Shown: positions 51,487 through 63,519 of the stretch, piece after piece | How positions within the stretch are numbered: position 1 is the first letter of the stretch | Layout: the number at the start of each line of letters is the position of its first letter | NCBI RefSeq assembly: GCF_001194135.2 | Contig: NC_069004.1 | Location: 27,537,021-27,601,020 of the forward strand | From: Octopus bimaculoides | Taxonomy: Eukaryota | Direction: 5' to 3' | DNA length: 64,000 nt | Program-made: the position numbers and the translations under genes | The notes under the pieces: model-generated | What the model was told of the DNA's origin: nothing | The model's database searches: none | The model's input: only the letters and a program-made list of their open reading frames with translations

Positions 51487-52183
51487 GAAGGGCAAGTTTG
51501 CCTCTCATCTTTTCAGGGGTAAATAAAATAATACCAGTTGACCACTTCGGGTGGGAGGGGTCATTGTAATTGACGAATTCCTTTCCCTAGAATTGCTCAC
51601 CTTGTACTAGAATAAATGCAAAAGAATTATTATTATTATTATTCAACTATTGCAGGTAAACATTCTTTTTTCAGTCTGGTATTTTCTGTTGTATTTAGTT
51701 GATTTGATCATTTCCTATTGAAAAGTTAAGCTACCAGATTCCTTGCGACCATCATAAAGAGCCATCATCGTAAAATAAAAGCAATATAAAAGATGTAATG
51801 GATTTTATAGGTTATCCCCCAAAGTACCACAAGACTTAAGCAAGAAGAATAAAATCGGTGCATAACCTTTATAATGACTTACACAATTCAGAAGTACTTA
51901 TAATACATTCATTCTGTTAAGATAGCCTCAGCAGCTTTTATTTCTCTCTTATTGCATTTATCACATTGCTTCTGTAACCAATCCAAGCATGTTATTGAAA
52001 GTCTTTATACGATCTCAACATGCTCGCAACTCGAGTGAAAAACTTTTTAACACTTGACTCGGTTTCTATACTGTTTCATATCGTTCTTAAAGAGAATCTA
52101 TTACACCCTTTCCAAGTTTGTGTATTTCAGAGTTTGTAGACTGGAAAACCAAAATAAAAAATGGTTATATATANNNNNNNNNN

Positions 52184-52233
<50 letters not shown>

Positions 52234-52536
52234 ATAAATTTCTATATACTTAATAGTAGGAAACCATTGTGAGAATGTTTTATCTTAATTGGAAACTTAT
52301 TGACATTACTTGGGAGAATCCCCCTCCTCCTGCCATTTGCCATCATCTCCTACCACTACCATCACCACCACCACCACCACAATATTGTTTTCATGATAAA
52401 ACGAAATATCCTTCCTATATTTGGTAGACAATTACCAGCAAAATAGGCTTATATATAATGTAGAATATAGCCAATATTAATGATGTTATCACTGTGCATA
52501 TATATATATATATATACATATACACACACACGTACA

Positions 52537-52579
<43 letters not shown>

Positions 52580-52647
52580 TTGGTTTCCCCTCCGCATTTC
52601 AAACTTTGCTAATTATGTAACTTTCCTTTCGTCATAGTATATGTATG

Positions 52648-52681
<34 letters not shown>

Positions 52682-52945
52682 TGTTTGCAAACCATTGTGA
52701 TTTCTGTTCGGGAGATAAAATAACTCTTATTCATAGCTTATGTTGTTTCTTTCTTTCCTTTTTGTTTTCATTTTTTTTTTTCTCTCTCTAATTCAAAGCT
52801 TGATAAATAATAACATTGACATTAATTTCCTTATCTTCAACTGGTGTAAATCTCAATTGAGATTATCATATATTGCCTTGTGCAGATATCATAATTTTGT
52901 TTTTTTTTGTTTTTTCATTTTTTATGGTTAGGTATGATATTGAGA

Positions 52946-52977
<32 letters not shown>

Positions 52978-53264
52978 GATGATAATAATGCAATCAGTTG
53001 TGGGTATGTGGTGTGAGAGAAATCTGTTATGGAATGTGATGCAATAAAGTAATACTGAGACTTGGCTATTTAATTCAAAAGATCTTTAAAGGCCAGGGAG
53101 AGACATCAGTTCAGTGTGACTTGTTTGATTCTCAGTGACAATTTGTATGGAAGAAAGGCACAGCCCAAGTGAACTGAGGGGATGGCTGGGTATTAACAAA
53201 GGCGTTGGTCCTTGTCATTAGGCAGGAGAGGCACCTGCACTTGTATAGACGTCTTATAGATGTT

Positions 53265-53790
53265 ACTGTATGGCAAAGAAACTTGCTTCCCAACCATGTG
53301 GTCTTGGGTTCAGCTCCCTGTATGGCACCTTGCGCAAGTGTATTCTAGTATACCCTTTGGCTGGCCAAAGCCTTGTGAGTGGATTTGGTCGGTGAGAAAC
53401 TGGAAATCCATTGTATATATCTCTTTAAGGCAGCGAGCTGGCAGAAACGTTAGCATGCCGGGCGAAATGCTTAGCAGTATTTCATCTGTCTTTACGTTCT
53501 GAGTTCAAATTCCACCGAGGTCGACTTTGCCTTTCATCCTTTCAGGGTCAATAAATTAAGTACCAGTTATGTACTGGGGTCGATGTAATCGACTTAATCC
53601 CTTTGTCTGTCCTTGTTTAGCCCCTTGTGGGCAATAAAGAAATAAGAAACTGTGGAAATCCATTGTATATATCTCTCTGTCTGCCTGTCTACCTAACTCT
53701 CTGTCTGTCGTTCTGTCTGTCTGTCTGTTAACTAACTAACCTCTTCAAGGCTGTATCCCAGCATGACTACTGAAACAAGTAAATGATAAA
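53265..53790 (+). mobile_element. SINE-A with nested SINE-B1 (53427-53644)
   Basis: Flanked by a ~30-bp duplication containing GGAAATCCATTGTATATATCTCT (53395-53424, 53645-53676). Confidence 0.9.
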
Positions 53791-54007
53791 AGCTACCAAG
53801 TACCATAATTTTCCTCTGAAGCCTAGAAGACCTAATTGAAAGAGATATTGTTACAATTATAATTTATTAAACCAGACCTAGTCTACAAGTAACACTTATT
53901 TTATTTACCTTAGAAGGATGGAAACGAAATTGACTTCATTGAATTTTGAACTCAGAATGTGATGTTAAGAAATTCTGCAAGTCCATTTGAGCATCATTAT
54001 ACTGCTT

Positions 54008-54325
54008 CATGGCTAAGTGGTTAAGGTATTTGACTCATGATCATAAGGTTGTGAGTTTGATTCCCGTCAGCATGTTGTGTCCTTGAGCAATGCACTTTAT
54101 TTCATGTTGTTCCAATTCATTCAGCTGGCAAAAATTTGTTGTACTTTGTAGTTCAAAGGGCCAGCTGTGTCACATTGTTTCCGTGTTGAATCTCTCTGAG
54201 AACTACACTAAGGATATACATGTCTGTGAAGTGCTCACCCACCTTTGCATTAATTATCCGAGTAGGCTATTCTATTGGTTGGATCAACTGGAACCTTCAT
54301 CGTTGTAACTGACAGAGTGCCAGCT
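54008..54325 (+). mobile_element. SINE family E, diverged
   Basis: TGGCTAAGTGGTTAAGG head; body matches 59860-60030. Confidence 0.8.
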
Positions 54326-54711
54326 TTGATGTTTTTGCTTTGATATACAGCTTCAGTCATTTATAACTAGTGTTTATAAATCTTAGTTTCCATCATGTCC
54401 TAAGTGTTGATGCTCATCTCAAAAGAAATAACCTGACGTCAGTATGTAACTTCAAAAATTGTTTATGTTCTTTTCTATGTAATTCTAATCTTAAAAATCA
54501 AAGACTGTTTATCGATTTTTCTAGTTGAATGAAATTGAACTGTAAATTTGTGCTGCAGTTTTTAATTACATCATCATTGTCATTATCAGTTTAATGATGT
54601 TGAAATAAGTTACTTTTATAGCGATATATGTTGTAATCATCGAAGTTAAATGCAGACAAGTATTTATTCCAACAAGTTGTCTTAATATCCTAATTCATAC
54701 ACTTGTAGGAG

Positions 54712-55110
54712 CAAGCATGGCTGTCTGGTTACGAAGCTTGGTTCCCAACAATCTAGTTTTGTGTTCAGTCATACTATGTGGCATCTTTGGTTATTATAGC
54801 CCTAGGCCAACCAAAACCTTGTGAGTGGATTTGGTGGAGAGGAAATCGAAAGGAGCCCATACTATATGTGTGTGTGTGTGTTTCCTTGTCTAGACGTATG
54901 ATGGTTGTATATGAGCACCTTCAACATACAATTTAGGTTGTTCCTTTCCAGTCTTCTGTGAAAAATATCTTTGACCACAGGGAAATATTACCTTGCTTGA
55001 AAACAGGTTAGGGTTGCTGATATGAAGGGCATCTGGCTGTAGAAAATCTACCTGGACAATATTCCATCTAACTCATACAACCATGGAAAAGTGAATGCTA
55101 AAAAAGGGTG
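54712..55110 (+). mobile_element. SINE family C
   Basis: Collinear with 44596-44955. Confidence 0.8.
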
Positions 55111-55189
55111 ATACTGAAGATTTTAATATCCAAATGTGTACATCTTACCATTAAAATTTCATACACTCTATACTAATATCCAAATTTAG

Positions 55190-55500
55190 GCTCCATCATT
55201 GTCATCATTTTTGCATCTTCTTTTCTATTCTTGTATGGAATCAATGAGTCCTTTCCAACGCAACATCCTTCATTTTGTTGCTTTTTTCTTTGTCATTTCC
55301 ATTGTGAAGCTCAACATCTTGAAATTGGCTTTCATCACCAACTTTTATCCAAGTCTTCTCTAATTTTCTTCCAAGTCAACATCTATGTGCATTACATATC
55401 CATACAAACACAATCACCTGCTTACTACACCTAATTCCTCTTATACCCAGTTTTTCTCTTGGCTCATCTGTACTTTGTCACTCATTTACACTCACCACTT
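55190..55500 (-). mobile_element. RTE-clade LINE 3' end, decayed
   Basis: Minus strand encodes EKLGIRGIRCS followed by decayed C-terminal sequence; ends in a GATGAC/GATG tail. Confidence 0.7.
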
Positions 55501-55558
55501 CAAGGTTGTGTCCTAGCATGGGAATGAATTTGGTAGGTAGAAACTATGTGGAAGTCTG

Positions 55559-55598
<40 letters not shown>

Positions 55599-56989
55599 GT
55601 TCAGTGGGCCATACTTGCTTCACCACTCTCCAACTTTTGCACATCCTCTGCAGTCGGTGTCCTTTCATGCTACCCTGGTGTATTGTGCTTTATACACAAG
55701 CAACATGTAATCTAACCATCATTTGAAGAAAAAAATCCCCTTGTTACCAGCTGAAGTAATAACTCCCTGAACTTATTTTTTTTGTTCAAAGCTTGTTCTT
55801 ATTCTGGCTACTATGCTTTCAGAAAATCTTCCCCCGACAGCTGATTTAAGTTACCTAGGTAACACTCATCTTAATACCCAAATTTCCACTCTCATCTGAA
55901 TATTCTAATTTATACATTCCTCTTAATATCCAAATTCATACACTCATTATGGTATCCTCTGATAGGAAGAAAGTGAAAAAAATGATTGTATTAGAGAGAA
56001 AAAAAAAGCTCTGCTTTTATCAAAGGTTAGTTTGTTTAATTTTCAATATTAGTGTTCAGCTACACTTTGATTTTTGTATGTTCTAAGTTTTAATAATTTT
56101 TTTCCTCTCTCGTCACTGTTCAGCTCTTGTTATTACTTCTCTTCCCCACTTCTCTCTCTCCCCCTCTTGATATGTCTCATTCATTCTTCTCTTAGTCTCT
56201 CTTTGTTTCCTTTATGTCAATACATGCACAATGGAACCATGCCTCACTTGAATCAGGTGACATTTTAGTGTGTACAAGCTTTGTTTGTTGGACTCTGGCC
56301 AGCTCTGCTACACAGTTTAACTGATCATGCCTACTAGACTCTATCTATCACACCCAAATATTTATTTCTACCACTTGCAATATTGTCAGAGGTTTTCACC
56401 TAAACTATCATCTTTCTACTTCTTCTTCACCCACACCATTATTCCGTAACACCAATCACGTTTCAAAGTTGTTATTCTTGGATGATCGGTGGTTAGGTTA
56501 CATACACGAATGACGATACTAAATGTAATATTAGCATAATTAACTGCAGTGGTCAAAATATCACAAGTAATTAAATGTTCTTGTGGTGTATTGATAACCA
56601 GCTAATGCTCTCATCTGTCGTATGTTAATAATTTCTCTCATTAGGGCAGCTAAGGTGACGGAGAACATAAAGAACTGGATGTGGATAACTTAATGATGAT
56701 CTCTCATTTATTTATAAAGGTCAAATATCAAATCCTGATGAAGTTGGATGTCATCCCTTTGATGTTGGTGGTGGTTGTATAACCCCAGGTCAGCTCTGAT
56801 CAAGCATGTGCTACCTGTGACACACACAGGTAATCAGCTGAATGATAAGGCATGATCCATTTATTTGTTTTTCCAATAATGCTATACCCCCACCTGGCAA
56901 GGGGATGTATTGCATAATCTTACACAGAGTAATGAAATACATGGAGTACAGCATAACAACTTGGGCATGCCCAGTCCAGTTCTGTGCGC

Positions 56990-57580
56990 TTGTGGATTGT
57001 AGTGGTGTCTACATTGGGGACAGACATGCTGAATTGTGTATAAAACGCAATGCTGCATTATAGTATGACAAGGATATTAAATACAGAGAATGTGCAAAAT
57101 TTAGAGAGCAATGAAGTGAGTATACCCCACTGGATATGCACAGAAGCAATGTGGACATAAGCAGCGTGGTACTGATCAACCAACTGCATGGAAATTGTTG
57201 AAGAAAATCAAGGAAGACTTGGGTAAAAGTTGGTGGTGAAAGTTCATCTCAGGCTGTTGAGCCTCATGATGGAGATGTCATAGAAATGCAACAAAAGGGG
57301 AAATGTTGTGTTGGAGGGGGCTCGTCCAGTCCATACTACAGGGTGTCCACAAAGTCTGGGTACATCGAGTAAATAAAATCATAACATAAACAATTAAATA
57401 AAAGAAATAATAACTTCTTAAAATATGTGTTAATCCTCATGTGGGTGCATGGAGTAAATAAAATCATAACATAAACAATTAAATATAAGAAATAATAATT
57501 TCTTAAAGTATCTGTTAATCCTCATGTACCCAGACTTTGTGGACACCCTATAGAATGGAAAAGAAGATGCAAAAATGATT
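56990..57580 (+). mobile_element. RTE-clade LINE 3' end, split by a mariner-type MITE
   Basis: Reverse complement of the 55190-55400 family; sequence resumes after the MITE (AGAATGGAAAAGAAGATGCAAAAATGA). Confidence 0.65.
57339..57550. mobile_element. Tc1/mariner-type MITE with 27-bp TIRs and an internal tandem duplication
   Basis: TA|CAGGGTGTCCACAAAGTCTGGGTACAT ... ATGTACCCAGACTTTGTGGACACCCTA|TA (26/27); interior is two ~85-bp direct copies. Confidence 0.92.
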
Positions 57581-58500
57581 TGTTTCCTAATTCTGGGTCT
57601 CTAGTTAAGAAATCAGTTTTGCAACCACGTGTTTCTAGGTTTTGATCAAACTGCATGATACTTTGAGCAGGTTGCTTGTTTTAACCATAATCTTAAGATG
57701 ACAAATACTTATTGAATGGAATTTGGTAGGGTGTACGTGTTTTCACTGATGTTTGTCAGTGTGAAAACCTAAAGAACAGGTGCTTTTCACATGTAATCTT
57801 TTGAAATAATTATTCTGTGAATTACAGACACTCCCTTGTGATTCTTAGCATCAGGAATTCAGTGAGCTAGTGATTGACCCTTTGGAAATAAGTTATGAAT
57901 GTTGTGACTGTTTCCGAGTTATGATATATGATAATCCATAGGCATAAGTGTGCCTGTTATGGAATCTATATTCTATTGTTCAATAATAGTTGGTGGCTGT
58001 TCTAACAATTTCTTTTGCTGAATTTAAAACTTTCCTTTGTTTCTGATTAAATAGCAAATATAAACTATTTCCTTGTGAAAGCTTAGATTTCTAAACAGAA
58101 AAAAAAAAAAAAAAAAAAAAATTGAAAGGGCCAAATTATCTGCTCGGCTTGCTACTTCTTTAGTCCTACACACTGGGACTGAACCCAAAGCTCTGTGATT
58201 GAGAAGCAAGCTTATTATATTAACCACACAGCCATACCTGTGCCCATGTGTGTAAATTTATAATGTTTTAACATTTTCAATCTTTGTTCCTCTTCAGACA
58301 TATCACTCTTTAAACTTGTAAATGAAAAGATATAAATACATGTTTGTATATATAAATACATGTGTTTATGTATGTAAATACATATGCTTTATACATGTGA
58401 AAACTACACTAATTTGAATTGTATATTATTTTTGCTTTGAGACTCCATTTAATAATCAACAAATGAAGAGTATGTACAACTTTGGAAAACATATTTTAAA

Positions 58501-58557
58501 CATTGTCTCTTCTTTCTTTTGTAGGTAAGAGACTTTTGATTCTTTTAATTGGTAAGC
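58501..58557 (+). other. Candidate recursive splice site / 27-nt microexon
   Basis: TCTCTTCTTTCTTTTGTAG|GTAAGA, then 27 nt later a second donor TTG|GTAAGC. Confidence 0.35.
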
Positions 58558-59652
58558 AAAAAATCTTTTTTTACTCCACCTATTCATGCTAATCTTTCAA
58601 TTAAAAAACAAAGTGTCATATGTTATAATACTTAAGGTATCATGTTTAGCTACTTATTCTGCCTAATTTTCTTATTTCGAAGATATTTCATTTTTTTTGT
58701 TTTTTTTTTACCTATATCTTTCAATTCCACTTTTATTATTCCTTGTCTGTAGAAATTTTTTGTTCTTTTCTCTCTTTTCTGCTTTTTTAAGGAGACATTT
58801 AAAAAAAAAAAATATCATTGAAAACTATTTTAAGAGCTCTGTGTATTTGATGCTTTCAGTATCCAAGTAACATATAATTATCAACATTATCAATTGTACG
58901 ATCTTCAGCATTATATATATTATGTATATTTATACATCATCTGAATTAAAATTGCTTATTCATTTAAGAAATTACACAAAGAAAAATAATGTACTGTCCA
59001 TTGTGGCCATGACATTTTGTTCTTGGTAAATAATTATAAAAAAAATACTAATGATGTTAATAATTTTAAAGGCAAAACTTATTGTTAGCGCTTTTGTAAC
59101 TTTTAATTAATACAGGACAGAAAAGATTGAGGATAATGAATTACTTGCCCATGGCACATATAACTAATTTCTCTGTCATCCATCTTTCCAATGAATAACA
59201 AGTTCTTTGTACTGTGATAACAAGCTAGGAAACTAATCCTTTGTACCTAACTGTAGTTTGCACTATATTGCTTTCATAATTAGGTTCAAGGACTCCTATT
59301 CAAAGATGAGGAGGGGATTTAAATTATAACATTTACAGCTTGCTTTATTAAAGATGTATTAGTGAAGCAAATGAATCGGAATGATTTTAATTCAGGAATC
59401 ACAGCTAATCTTCAAACAGTTCGCTAGGCAAGAGCCTCTTGATGGCCAGCAACCTTTTAGAAATAGCAGCCAAATTTCTGTGAATCACACCTGAGCATCA
59501 TAAAGTGAGGAGGACATGTAAAAAAATTCAGTAGTAATAGATATACAAACAAGATAGAATAGTCAAAGCTCGAATACCGTTGATCACAACCGATTTAGGG
59601 CTAAATTGCAATAACTGAACTGTAGTTCATGTCTCTCTCTGGTTTGCAGTGT

Positions 59653-60038
59653 GGAGGCACAATGGCCCAGTGGTTAGGGCAGCAGACTCGCGGTCATAGG
59701 ATCGTGGTTTCGATTCCCAGACCGGGCGTTGTGAGTGTTTATTGAGCGAAAACACCTAAAGATCCACGAGGCTCCGGCAGGGGATGGTGGCGAACCCTGC
59801 TGTACTCTTTCACCACAACTTTCTCTCACTCTTTCTTCCTGTTCTGTTGTGCCTGTATTTCAAAGGGCCAACCTTGTCACACTCTGTGTCACACTGAATA
59901 TCCCCGAGAGCTACGTTAAGGGTACACATGTCTGTGGAGTGCTCAGCCACTTGCACGTTAATTTCACAAGCAGGCTGTTCCGTTGATCGGATCAACTGGA
60001 ACCCTCGACGTCATAAGCGACGGAGTGCCAACAACAAC
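59653..60038 (+). mobile_element. SINE family E, full length, tRNA(Arg)-like head, (CAA)n tail
   Basis: TGGCCCAGTGGTTAGGGC A-box, GGTTTCGATTCCC B-box, CpGs retained; compatible with the tRNA-Arg-related OR-type octopus SINEs (assignment not verified). Confidence 0.85.
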
Positions 60039-60066
60039 TGGTTTGTAGTACACATTACATTGTGGT

Positions 60067-60190
60067 CTACCATGCATGCTACACTGTTGCCTATCATGCA
60101 TGTCACAGTGATTCGTCATGCATGTCACACTATCTACCACGCATGTCACACTGTGGCTCACAACATATTACATTGTTGTCTACTATGTGT
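60067..60190. repeat. Minisatellite, ~23-bp unit (CTACCATGCATGTCACACTGT..), about 5 degenerate copies
   Basis: CA(T/C)GCATG(T/C).ACA core repeated. Confidence 0.75.
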
Positions 60191-61219
60191 GTCAGATCAT
60201 GGCCTGCATCTATTGATTTCTACTCTGACCTGTAGGTATGGTAGACCCTAATTGATATAATTTCCTCACATGCTCTCAGATGTTAGTAATACAAAGTCAG
60301 TGATTTGACAACAGCATTTCTCAATTTCTCAATACTACAACAATAATGGATGTGGCTTTTCTGTTCCAAGTACCGAAGTAATGTCCACGGCTGTGACAGT
60401 TGTAGTGATCATCATTATTGTGGTCATGGTGATGACGACAATGACGGTAGTTTTAATTGTAACAGAAGTGGCGGGGGAGGGTGGTAATGATGATGATGCT
60501 TGTAACGACGGTTGTGGTGGTGATTGTGGGTTGTACAGGTGGTAGTGATGGCAGAGGATTTTTTTGTCCAGGACAAAGTTAAACTTATATGCAACACCCT
60601 TCTTTGTTTTTTCCTAAACTACTACTACTACTACTACTAGCAGCAGTAGAAGCTATGATAATGATTATTAGGGTAAATTATGAAGTGCATGTGTATTCGC
60701 TTACGTTACAGCTCTGTGAGAAGAGACCTTCTGCTACCTTTGCTAAATTCCTTCAAGCTTTCTTCATTTACACACAGGATGTTACACTTACGTATATATA
60801 TACGTAAGTAAATAATAAATATCAATGAGAGCAAATAAAGTATAAAACAAGCAAGCACACCTAAAAACAAAGTCTCTCCCCCCACCACCAACTCATTCTT
60901 TCTCATTTTCTTTCTCTGTCACCTCTCTTCTCTCCTCACACACACTGTCCCACCCACTCTTGCCTGCAAACTAGTTGTCAGTCCTGAATTAATAATACTT
61001 TAAGTATTGATGTTTTCTTTTTAGAATCTACCAACTAATCTACACCATGTGTTCAGGATTAATGGGCATGAAATTGTAAAGATTCTAATAAAAGTTTCAA
61101 AGCTTACCTAGCAGAATAAATAATTTCTGTTGCGGCGGGGAGGGAGGAAAAGGCATTGTTTTCTGTAGATCCTGTTTATTTTATTTTTTTATTTTGTTCC
61201 ATATCATATATATCCTTAA

Positions 61220-61440
61220 CCCTTTAGTGTTCACATTATTCTGCCAAAATTGATGCTTTTTTATCCACATTGCTTTGAACTAATCATGAATTATCTTGTA
61301 GCTATGAGATTTTGATAAGGTAGCTGCTAATTTTTAAAACGATATTGTAGGGTTGGTGTGAGAGACCAGATCTGGCCAGTTCTAACATAAAACAGGCAGG
61401 ATACTTTTGGCCGGATATGGCCGGTTTAAATGCTAAAGGG
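61220..61440. mobile_element. piggyBac-like MITE, 221 bp
   Basis: TTAA|CCCTTTAG ... CTAAAGGG|TTAA. Confidence 0.9.
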
Positions 61441-61469
61441 TTAAACATTGTATTTTTGAAAGAAAAAAA

Positions 61470-61882
61470 TTTCATCATCATTAAACATCCATTTGTCTAT
61501 GCTTACACGAGTCAGATGGAATTTGTGGAGGCAGATTTTCTGTGACTGGATACCCTTCTTGTTAACCAGTCTTCACTTGTTTCCAAACAAGGTAATATAT
61601 CCTGTCCCCAATGGCCAGACACGTTTTTCATTTAAGATTGGAAATGAACAGAATCGCCTCTATGACAATGCTGTTTGTTTACAGTCGTAATGCCAAGATG
61701 TGTTGAGGCATGTTTTCTACAGCCAGATGCCTTTCCTGTTGCCAACACTTACCTGTTTCCAAGCAAGATAATATCCCCTGCCATAGCAAAACGTTTTTCA
61801 TGAAGAACAGTATACATTGCATGTATGATGGTGATGCTTGTTTGCAATCATCACACAATGTCAAAACAAAGGTACACACACA

Positions 61883-61920
<38 letters not shown>
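61470..61920 (-). mobile_element. Two tandem SINE-C bodies
   Basis: GAGGCA..TTTTCT..GGATGCC..TTGTTTCCAA.CAAG.TAATAT repeated at ~61530 and ~61705. Confidence 0.78.
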
Positions 61921-61934
<14 letters not shown>

Positions 61935-62939
61935 CATACATATACATACACATTTTTTGTTTTACTTTCTCAGCTGATAAAGATAGAATTTTTTTAAATA
62001 ATTTTTTCATAATATTTTTTTGATTCAAAAGTATTTTCCTCTGTAAACTTAAATGTCTTCACAATAATGCCGTCCTTACAATGAATGGTTTATTGTATTC
62101 TACTTCAACTGTGCTTCATAAATTCTTTTCTTTCTGTGTCTTTTTTTTTTCCATCTGAATGTATGCATGTTGTGTGATACCTTAAAAATGTCTAGCATTT
62201 TACCTGGCATTTTACACATGATTATAATCAGGTTTAACTTTTCAGTTTCATCTTTGAAATAATTCACTTGACCTTTTCCCTGTCCTGATTATTCTTAATA
62301 TTGCTGTTGCTCTTAGAAACTTGTTGATATATAGCAACAATTATTTGATTACAAATCACTGACATATTGCAAAATTTCTCATATTTATATTATGAGATTA
62401 CAATTTTTTCTGAATATTCAAAGAAAAGTTTATTTCATTTTTGTATTAGATTTACAAAATTCTTGATGTGAACCTGTCTGTTGAATTAGATTTTGTTGCA
62501 TCTTGGGAAGGTCATTAGGCCAATAATAAACACATTCACTGGTTCTTTTTCACTTCTTTATCCATTTTGTTTCTTCTCTTTTTTCATCAGTTGGCTAATG
62601 ATTTAACTGAATCATACTTGGAATAGAGAGGAAATGCCATTGTTGAGATTGCAAATGGTAATGAAAGAACTGTTTGATTGATGGACTGAACAATTAATCA
62701 GATGATTAGTTAATTGGTTAAATTTTTGACAGTTGATAGAAATGGAAAAAAAGAAGTGAAATAGGATCAATGTATGTGTTTATTATCAATATACTGACCC
62801 TCCCAAGATACATCAAAGTTTTATGTAAACTATTAAAGTCAAAAAATTTGGGGTGGATTGTTAAATACAACCAGTATTTTAGTTATGCAATTGCTTTCAA
62901 AAATTTTGGTTAGATTGTCAAATACAGCCAGTATTTTGA

Positions 62940-63480
62940 TTGTGTAATTGCTTTCGAGACCCTCCCCCCATTCCCAAGGCACCTACTATAGGGATTGTTT
63001 CTGCTTTCAGCTACCACATTCTAGTTATGTTAGTTTTCAGATTTTTATATTTGGATAGTTTTTTTTCTTCCATTTCTGTGAAGAACATATTATCATCTAT
63101 TCAGCCGGTTTTGGTTACAAAGCGTTTGTTTTCCTGATGGTCCTTTATAACAATATCTCTTTGATTAACTTTGATCTCCCTGTTTGTGTATATTGACATA
63201 TCCCAGAGTGGGTTGGTTTTGGCAGTCTTGGAAACCTCTTCTGTATGCTTAAACTGACTCTTTTTAGGTGGTATTTTGTAATGCTGGCATAACTTCTGGT
63301 ACATGTAAGTCTATTCCCTATCAATTTGGATGTATTTTCCTTGGCTAAGACTGGTCAACTGTGGTTGTTTCTTCTGCACATCCATACATTCTACAGTTAC
63401 TTCTAGTATTGTACTTCATCATATACTTTTGATGGTTTCTGGTGCAAAGTCAATAATCTTACCATATCTATTCTTTCTGC
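62940..63480 (-). pseudogene. R4/Dong-clade LINE fragment (RLE region), decayed
   Basis: YQKLCQHYKIP..LWDMSIYTNREIKVNQRDIVIKDHQENK, then LKAETIPIVGALG; upstream CRMYG..EET zinc-knuckle-like remnant. Confidence 0.85.
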
Positions 63481-63519
63481 CTTCTACAATCATAACATAA
63501 TCATAGAAGGTAGAATCTT

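Noticed and set aside
59653-59730. tRNA-like sequence
   Set aside because: It is the head of a SINE continuing into a repeated body with a (CAA)n tail; no complete acceptor stem.
60400-60560. Thr/Pro/His-rich minus-strand translation resembling a mucin
   Set aside because: Degenerate (GGT/GAT)n low-complexity DNA with no splice or start context.
61102-61125. Minus-strand TTATTCTGCTAG|GTAAGC recursive-site-like motif
   Set aside because: Weaker pyrimidine tract and no nearby second donor noticed; it shows that AG|GT motifs arise by chance.
61470-61920. Adjacent SINE-C bodies as a possible inverted pair
   Set aside because: Both are in the same (minus) orientation; a tandem arrangement, not a hairpin.
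62560-62595. Minus-strand CTGATGA...GAAAC
   Set aside because: The intervening AAAAAGAGAA cannot form stem II; chance match in a purine tract.
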